Positions 56,301 through 64,000 of a stretch of DNA of 64,000 nucleotides are shown here, piece after piece. The position numbers and the translations under genes are program-made. The number at the start of each line of letters is the position of its first letter. The stretch's first letter is position 1. The DNA comes from Dimorphilus gyrociliatus (Eukaryota > Animalia > Annelida): the NCBI GenBank assembly GCA_904063045.1, contig CAJFCJ010000010.1, forward strand, positions 1,612,001 through 1,676,000, written 5' to 3'. The notes beneath the pieces were generated by a model. It did no database searches and had not been told where the DNA came from. It saw only the letters and a program-made list of their open reading frames with translations.

Positions 56301-58371
56301 AAGCCTTATCGCAATATCCATCCTTTATCCATGTTGTTGGACAACCTTCCTGACAGTTTGGAACTGACCACGTTAAATAAACTTTTTGCCCATTCGATTG
56401 CGAATAGAAGTCATCCGGCCAAATTCTACTGCCGTACATAACGTCATCATTCATATAGATAAATTTTTCTGATAATCCTTTAATTTTATGAATATGAGCT
56501 TCGATTGCTGGCGAACTAAATGTTGGCAAATGAGATTTGTTAGTGAATATTTCTTCATGAGTAACAATGGAAACTCTTTCATTATCCATATTTAACCAAT
56601 ACGGAATCTTTATTTATAGAAATGTCTCATTTATCATATATAAATATTATTGTAAGCATATTCTTTACCTGTCCATTAGTAACAATATAAATATGGCGAA
56701 CCCATGGCATATATTTTTCAACCGATCTCAAGGAATAGCGTAATTCTTCATTATCTTCAAATCGGTTAGGATCAATGATATCCTGTAGCAAACCCTATTC
56801 AGAATAATATAATAATAATATTAATAATAGAATTTCATTAATCCAAAAATAATGTTTGTAAAACAAACCTTAGTTGAATCCCAAACTAGATAGGCCTTCT
56901 TTATGGATGGAAATGAAGAGTCGTTTGAATATTTCTATTCATAAAAAACAAAAGGATAAACGAATTTATTATGTCATTATGTTTGTTGTTGCTTCGGAAA
57001 AAGATTACCAACGTTTATAAATGATGAAACGTATCTATCTTCTTTAAATTGAACTATATAAGTCTGCTTTTCAGTTTCTTTCTGAATCTATAATTGATGA
57101 GAAAACGATAAATGTCTAGCCTATTTATTAATCGGATAGATAGTATTTACATAGGTGATTTTATTTAAAAATTCTTTATTCAAGTAGGAATCGAAAGAAT
57201 CGAATGAGTAGTTCCCTCTGAATTGAGTAATGATTACTGTGTCTTTTACTTCGACGGATACCGGTGTAAAATTGTCAGAGGTCTGTTTTTAAATGAGAAA
57301 AAGTATAAAGTAATTAATACCTAACTTTTGTTTTCTTAAATTAAATGGTTTTTTATAAGAACTTACAACAAAGGCTAATGTAGCTGTTGTGTTAATACTT
57401 GTATCAACAGTAAGACCATGAGCTTTAGTAACTTTGGCTATAGTTAATTAATCAACTTTTTAATTAATAAAGATATATTATATTAGAAAATTGATTACTT
57501 ACCATCAGATATATTTCTAAATGTTATAACTGTTAGAGTTTTACTACCTTCCCCCTTAATGTCGGCCTTATACAGTTTAGTGGCTTTGAGCAATGATTTA
57601 AATACGGCCTTTTATTGTTTTATTGTTCAAAGAAAACAATTATTCTTATTTCATTATAATTAGATAATAACTATTACCTGTAGATTGGGTAGTTGTAAAG
57701 TATCAGATATAGTCGGTTGAACTATAAGAGTTGGCATTAGAAAACAATTTTCCAAACTGCACACGCTACCATTGACTCTGATATTTCGAAGAAGATTTAT
57801 AAATATAGACAGTATATAAGATATATTAATGTAATAAATAGAATCATTTTAATATAAATTATCAGGATAAAGCTTTAAAAATCAAAATTTAATCAAATAT
57901 TGCATACGAAGCTGCGTTATACTGTTTTTCCAACAATCTTCTTTGGAGATATACGTCCTTTATTAATTCAGGATCTGACCCATTAACCCATGTATATACA
58001 ATATCAATTGGCACAGGATGACACAAGCTATTATATATATAAATATGAAATTAACATAGTATTGTTAAGATTTTTAATATTAGAATATTTACTTTTTTTG
58101 GAATGACTTTCTAGCAATATTATCACTAAATGAGTTGAAAACTGCTTGATATTTTTCCGTACTCCATTCTAGAACAACCTTTAAATAATTATGTACAATT
58201 ATTCGCAACCTTTTTGCAGGTAAACCTTAACATACTTCACCGAATTGGAGAGCAGATATTATAAGTAAAAAAACACCCAGCATAAGAAATAAAATTCCGT
58301 GACGATGGGATAGTACATCGTAGGTTCGTTTTTGCATCAATTTCAACATCTTTAAGATCATTTATAGGCAT
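53372..58371 (-). CDS. GNPTAB: N-acetylglucosamine-1-phosphotransferase alpha/beta precursor, multi-exon
   Basis: N-terminal TM ...[10 protein letters not shown]...SALQFGE|VVLEWS. Stealth CR1 [15 protein letters not shown]2 [10 protein letters not shown]...FIYMNDD, two LNR repeats ([15 protein letters not shown]), S1P site [14 protein letters not shown]3 [15 protein letters not shown]-hand DTDSSSILSDRE, CR4 [13 protein letters not shown]-terminal TM. Internal exon boundaries only partly resolved. Confidence 0.93.
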
Positions 58372-58416
58372 TATATTACTTTTCAAGGATATTATTAGAA
58401 AAGTGACACATTTTCA

Positions 58417-58426
58417 GTCACATGAC
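58417..58426. promoter_or_regulatory. CLEAR/M-box-like E-box GTCACATGAC upstream of GNPTAB
   Basis: One mismatch to the CLEAR consensus GTCACGTGAC; contains the MITF-type TCATGTGA on the minus strand; 46 bp upstream of the ATG. Confidence 0.5.
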
Positions 58427-59118
58427 CAGGTATTGTGTCCTTCACCTTGTCTTTCTAGTAAATGTTCCTCAACTTTGAAAAGAATCTGGTAAATTGAAAA
58501 TTTTTTTGTAATATTTCGCTAAAAATGCTTGTTTAAAAAATTAGAAATTATTTAATATAATTAATAAATATACAGGATATCAACTTTCACAAAAATTTAG
58601 TAAATTTATTGAAGTTTTAATGATTTAGCCCGACAATGTGCAACTTTAAATAAAAAAGAAAAAAAATTTATATAAAAGTATACACAAACAAATAAAAATT
58701 TAGCAGAAAACTTTACTAGACGAAAAAAGATGGATATTTTGGGCAAAAAACATATTTCATTCAAACTATTAAGAAAAAAACTGAAGACAGGCGAAAATAT
58801 CATTATCTCTCTCTTGATTGTCTTAAAAGTTTAAGTAAAGGCAAAAAGAATATTTGTTTTATTGCATAGGAACGAACGTACATTCAAAGAAAATAGTTTG
58901 ATTGACTGGTTTATTAAATTAAATTTTATTTAAAGTTTCGTTGTCCTTCCTTACATTAGGTTTAAAGGCAATATTGGGTTGTACAAAACAGCAGGTTAAT
59001 GTTGTTTTTTTTTTCTTTTTACAAGCATTACTCCTCTTTCAATAAAAAAAACAAAAAAAAGGGAATTTTTTTTAAAGTTTTAAGTGAATATTGCTTGTGA
59101 ATAAGATGGTCTTGGCCG

Positions 59119-61057
59119 TTATGACAACTTTTTTGCTCTATTATACAATGAATCGACTACTTTTCCCATACTTTGTATAGTTTCCAAAGAATTGGCGTAA
59201 GTTTCGTCTGTTGGTTGCTCTTCGAAAACTTTCAAAACACCTGTACCTTGATCCAATATTCCAGTGAACTTCTTATCCAATATCATTTGAGACAATTTCT
59301 TCTCTACAGTATCCTATAAAAGATAAATAGTATTAAATTTTCCTCTATCTCATATGTATTTGTGGAGCTACTACCAGGGGCAATTTTATTAAATTGGCAA
59401 TATGCTGGATCTGAACGCGAGAAAATGGTTCAATCAAACGGCATAAATTCTGTTCCATCAAATTGTCATACAAAGAATCCAAGTGACTTTGAACAATTCT
59501 ATCTTGTTGAAGTTGCTGCCTATATTGCTCGACAGTCTATTTGAGAAACATATTGATTAATAAAAGATCAACAATCGTATTTGAAAAGAGTACTTTTTTA
59601 AAGTCAGCTAGAGATCGTTTCTTTGCTGCTGTTGCTATACTTTTCATAGCATCAATTTCTGGACCTTTATATTTTAAAGCTAATTTTCCGCCTACAAGAG
59701 CCTGTACTTCATCAGGCTGGTTCAGCATAATTTTCGACAACAGCATGTACTTGAGGGATATTACAGCCTTTGGGCTATCAATTGAATCGTATCCCTCAAA
59801 AGCTTCATAAAAGTATGAAAAAGCTGTTTTAAAATCTTTTTCATCGGCAGCGTGCAATACTCCTTTAAAATATAAATTTAGTATAATTTGAAATTCCATT
59901 AACTTATAAGACTTATTAAATTACCCGATTGTTCATCCAGATCTGCTTGTAGTTTCGGTGGACAATAAATTCCATTAGCTGTAGTTCTCGCTGATGTCAA
60001 TGCTGCTCTTGCTTTAGCAAAATTATTCAACGCATGATACGTTTTAGACTCAATTAATTGAACCTCAACCAAAAGGGCTTTGTCATCCAATTTTTTTAAT
60101 TCTCGCAGTAGATTGGTTGTTAATTTTATCGCAGAATCGAAGGTGTTGGAGCGATAATATAGGTCGATAAGTCTTACCTAAATAAAAAAATATTAAGGGA
60201 TTAAATGATATATAATAAAATATTTAAAAATTTCAAGTATTTTGCTTTAGTTCTAGCTTTTTTATTTACTTCAAAATATTTAATATGGGCTCAAAAAATA
60301 TGATAGACTAGACTTACCTCAAGTGCTTGTCTCAAGAATGTTCTTCTTTCCTCCTTTGCCCATTCAATGCATTCCTGACACAAGATTATTTCCTTTCCCG
60401 TGGCTGCTTCCATATCTAGAAACTTATCTACCAAACTTCTAACAAGTTTTGCAGCCTTTGCTTTACTAACAAGACGCAGAAATGGTCTAGTAAATTTAAT
60501 TAAACCCGCCAATTCATCAGCCTTTCCTGTAGATGCAAATAAATCTCCTAACTCTATGATAGCTTGCTCCTTTGTTTTAATTTCATCTTCCTTTTGCTCG
60601 TCCACATCTTTCTTCACTATAATGTTTTCATAATTATATTATATCGGATATCTCAAACGGTTTTTTCCACATTTCAAAGGATACATGACGCAGAATATTT
60701 TACAAAGTGAAATTGGACAATAATCTGGCCTTTATATTTTTTAAAAATACTATTTTTAATTGGCTTAATATAAAAAATTTCTCGTTAATAATAATATTGT
60801 ACTAAGAATTTTGTGGTTGAGATGGATTTTGTTTTCAAAATAGATATAATGGGCGATAATTGGAGAATACTGACTCAGCACCGGACGTCATTGTTAAATT
60901 TATTTTTAAAATGTTGAAAATAACAATTTTTACAATTAAATTTAAAAGGAATGATAGATCTACATATATGCTAACCTATTTTACCCAGAACTTCAATTTT
61001 CTGGGGTGTATTCAATGGTTTATATAAACTTTGTTGTTGAACATCACACGACGCCAT
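59119..61057 (-). CDS. PSMD11: 26S proteasome non-ATPase regulatory subunit 11 (Rpn6)
   Basis: Exon 1 at 61057-60985 splices in phase 1 to 60616. [94 protein letters not shown]. Confidence 0.96.
60871..60880 (+). promoter_or_regulatory. Perfect ARE/MARE (CNC-sMaf) motif TGACTCAGCA in PSMD11 intron 1
   Basis: Exact consensus in sequence, ~105 bp from the exon-1 donor of a proteasome gene. Function is inferred. Confidence 0.55.
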
Positions 61058-62479
61058 TTTGCTTCGGCAAAGATTCTGATATGCGTCACCACTGCTGCGC
61101 GAGTTTTTATCAAAATTTTGTTTTTCGTTCGACATTTCTTATCCAAATGATACTTAGATATTTAAAAAAAAGAAATGTACGTATTCTCACAGCTTTTACT
61201 TTCAAAATTAATTAATCTAGGTGTCACTACTATTCAAAAATATTTAAACGAAATCTTTTATAATATTGGTTATAAAGTACAAATAAATTTTTTTTAAATA
61301 GTAAAAGTTTTTTTTTGATACATTAAAAAAATGTAGAAAGAAGCAGTCTAGAACAAATATGATCTCTTTCATAAGATATCTATAGTTAAGCTCTAAATAA
61401 GAGCCAAAAAAAGACGTTTATAGGATTATCCTACAAATGCTAATACGTTATAGAATTGAGAAAGCACCTTATTAACCTAGCTAAGAATAGTACTCAAGAA
61501 ATCCTAACGAGTATGTTAGCCGTGTTGTTCAGAAAAGGACATTTAATTTAAAAGCATTTGTACACACTTAACAATTGATCACTTTCTGAATATGGAAAAA
61601 AGTAATTTTCAATAAAGGATTGAGGCCCAAACTTATTATTCTTATAAAGGTATTTTAAAGAGATAGACAAGACAATACTTTCCAACCTATTAAAAACTCT
61701 AGACAATATTCTATTCAGTGGGTCAATGTTTAATTATGGGAAAGTAACATAAAAATTTACACGAACAATAATTGAAACTTGTTTTAACTAATAAAAGTTA
61801 AAAGAGCGATAACTAAACATTTGTACAAATACAAACAATTTATGTTTTAAAAAATACCATTTAACAAGAATCTTTTTGAATGTAAAGTCAATAAGAAAGT
61901 CCTTTTTTTCAGTTTTATCAATCAACCATAACATATACTATTTATTGTATCTTTAAAAAGTTCCCTTAATCTCTATTGTTAAAGATTCTTTTTCTTCTTT
62001 TTTTTAATAAAATTGGATAGAATACTGGAAATATTATAGTATTTTAAAGCATTTTTCATATAAATCACTAAATTAAAAATATTATTCAATTTCTTAAAAA
62101 TATGAACAGTAAACGTAAGCGTAATTTGTTATTAACTTTCCCGCCAGAATTACAAGCATGTTCTTTTCTATTTAGTGCTCAATATTAATTTTTAGATTTC
62201 TGGAAGCAAATTAAAAACTTCCGGTTACAAAAATTTTAATTAGAATTTTTTAAATTAATTCATAATAATATTTAAATTATGAAAGATTATAAGTAAAAAG
62301 AAAATCTTTTTTAGTATATTTATTGAGAACTAAATTCTAGTCGTCAATGGTTACAAAGCAAACATGCCGATTCTAAAACTAGTGCAGTGCCGGGAGCAAC
62401 TCAAACAAAAGCTGCACTAGAAGCGTTTGATTTAATTTGATTTTTGGTAAAAGGTATCTAAAAACATTTTGGATAAAAG

Positions 62480-64000
62480 ATGACGAAGTATTGTATATGT
62501 CAGATTTGTAACTGCGGGTTAGTAAGACGATTAATTCTTTGTTTTGATATTCTTTCCTATTGTTTTGGAATATGAAGACTGAATGGATTTATATCATTGC
62601 ATTATTTTCTATCTTATTCATATAGGAGACATCATTGCCCACTTCATTCACGAGGGCCACTAAGAGCAAGAAGTAGTGGACCTTGTCCAATAACTGAATA
62701 TGCCCAGAGATATAGAGAACACCCTCTTCAAGCTACTAAAACTGCTAAGCCGGACGCAACAGCTTTCCGTAGTGATCAACCACTGGACAATAAAACAACC
62801 CATAGGTAAGACCTGTCAATCCATAGATAATTAGTTTAAACAGAAAATTTACTCTAATACGCTTGTATCATATACTATTATAGACAAATTTTTACGTAGT
62901 TTATTTTAATAGTAACTGATATTATACTCTAAAGATAAGTCTTATCTATAAAAGGAAACAAATTGTGTCTATAAATCATAAACACTTGTACTGTTTTTTA
63001 TGATTATTGAAAAGTGATCTAAAAGCAACTTATCTCTAAATCTTGAATTTTATTATAAATGTTGTTGATATATATTGAGACATTCACGCGACTTTCCAAT
63101 CTTATTAGTGGAATGATGTCACTAAAACAATAAGAAAAAGGCTGAAAAATTCTTATTAATGTCTTTTTAATTGTTTTTTTTTTTGGTTGCCTATAACGTT
63201 TCATTTATTTTCTTTTTCAAATAGAGTTGACTTCATAAAGCATCCTCTTGAGAGGCCTCATGTTCACCAAAGTGAAGATTATAAACCTCCTGAAGGAGAT
63301 TTTGAAGGAATGACTAATTATCGTAAAGATTTTGATCGTAAGTTAATTTTTTATTGATCGTTCGACATAAAAAGTCATTGTATTATTGATATTTCTTAGG
63401 AAAACAAATTAATAGGGCTAAACCAATGAAACCGGCGGATTTAAAGAAATCTTTAGGACCGTTCAAAGGCGAACCAACATATAGAAGTAAGATTTTACAA
63501 CATGCTTTCATAGTCCACCTTACTGTCGATTCTTTTTTTATTCAATTATTCTAATACCTTTTATATTCTTAGCTGACTATAGGAAGTGGCCGATGGAGAG
63601 GAATCTACCAATCATGAAATCTGACTACTCACCACCAGATGCTAAGTTTGAAGGCCTTCCAACTTACAAGAAAGATTATGTCAAATACAATGAACCCCCA
63701 AGGCAGTCAATGAAGCCTCTAGATGTGGCGAAGGGCTCCGATCATCCCTTCGATGATAGAACTGGTTATAGAGATCATTACATTAAACATCCTCTACCTG
63801 AGAAAGAGATTAAAGAAAAGGAAATGTGGAAACCTAACAAAGCTCCTTTGGATGGCTTGTCTAACTATAAAAAAGATTATACAGAGAAATTTGGTGGCCC
63901 CACCGCGAGTTGTAAACCCGATGCGTCTGCTTTCCAGAGCGGAGCGCCACTGGAAGATACCACAACTCACAGGAATGATTTTAAGAAATGGGATGCTGAG
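62480..64000 (+). CDS. SAXO: Stabilizer of axonemal microtubules (SAXO/FAM154) family protein, 5' part (runs off the window)
   Basis: Exons 62480-62517, 62626-62805, 63225-63337, 63400-63486, 63573->64000 join in frame. N-terminal MTKYCICQICNCGRHHCP and repeated P-F/L-D/E-G-x-S/T-x-Y-x-x-D-Y/F (Mn-type) motifs. Confidence 0.88.

Noticed and set aside
1-64000. tRNA, rRNA, CRISPR arrays, transposases, reverse transcriptases
   Set aside because: None recognised; the window is eukaryotic and all long ORFs are accounted for by host genes.

Overview
Eukaryotic, very AT-rich, gene-dense invertebrate DNA. Most introns are GT-AG and ~50-70 bp. The gene content fits a lophotrochozoan with a compact genome, such as a miniature annelid; the species is inference only. 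No rRNA, tRNA, CRISPR or transposon was recognised. Gene order: CPT2 (3' part, +); intact L-gulonolactone oxidase (+); eIF1 (-); two intronless NACHT-LRR (NLR) genes in tandem, 1549 and 2166 aa (-); SRGAP (-); an orphan type-I membrane receptor-like gene (-, 5' end unresolved); front-end fatty-acid desaturase (-); SCPEP1-like carboxypeptidase (+); AprA/PqaA-like secreted hydrolase (+); a divergent Gs/Gf-like G-alpha (-); three paralogous intronless class-A GPCRs; atrophin/RERE (+); GNPTAB (-); PSMD11 (-); 5' part of SAXO (+). Exon structures were built by hand from splice signals and remembered homologue sequences. Best leads: (1) the NLR pair with an unassigned death-fold-like N-terminus and ~50 LRRs; (2) atrophin appears to start at a GUG in strong Kozak context; (3) a G-alpha with a P-loop Gly->Ala change, a ~40-aa insertion and an unusual receptor-coupling tail, next to an orphan GPCR cluster in which two ORFs are only 56 bp apart; (4) an intron-rich AprA/PqaA gene; (5) function-matched cis-elements (ARE in PSMD11, CLEAR/M-box at GNPTAB, poor-context AUG at eIF1).
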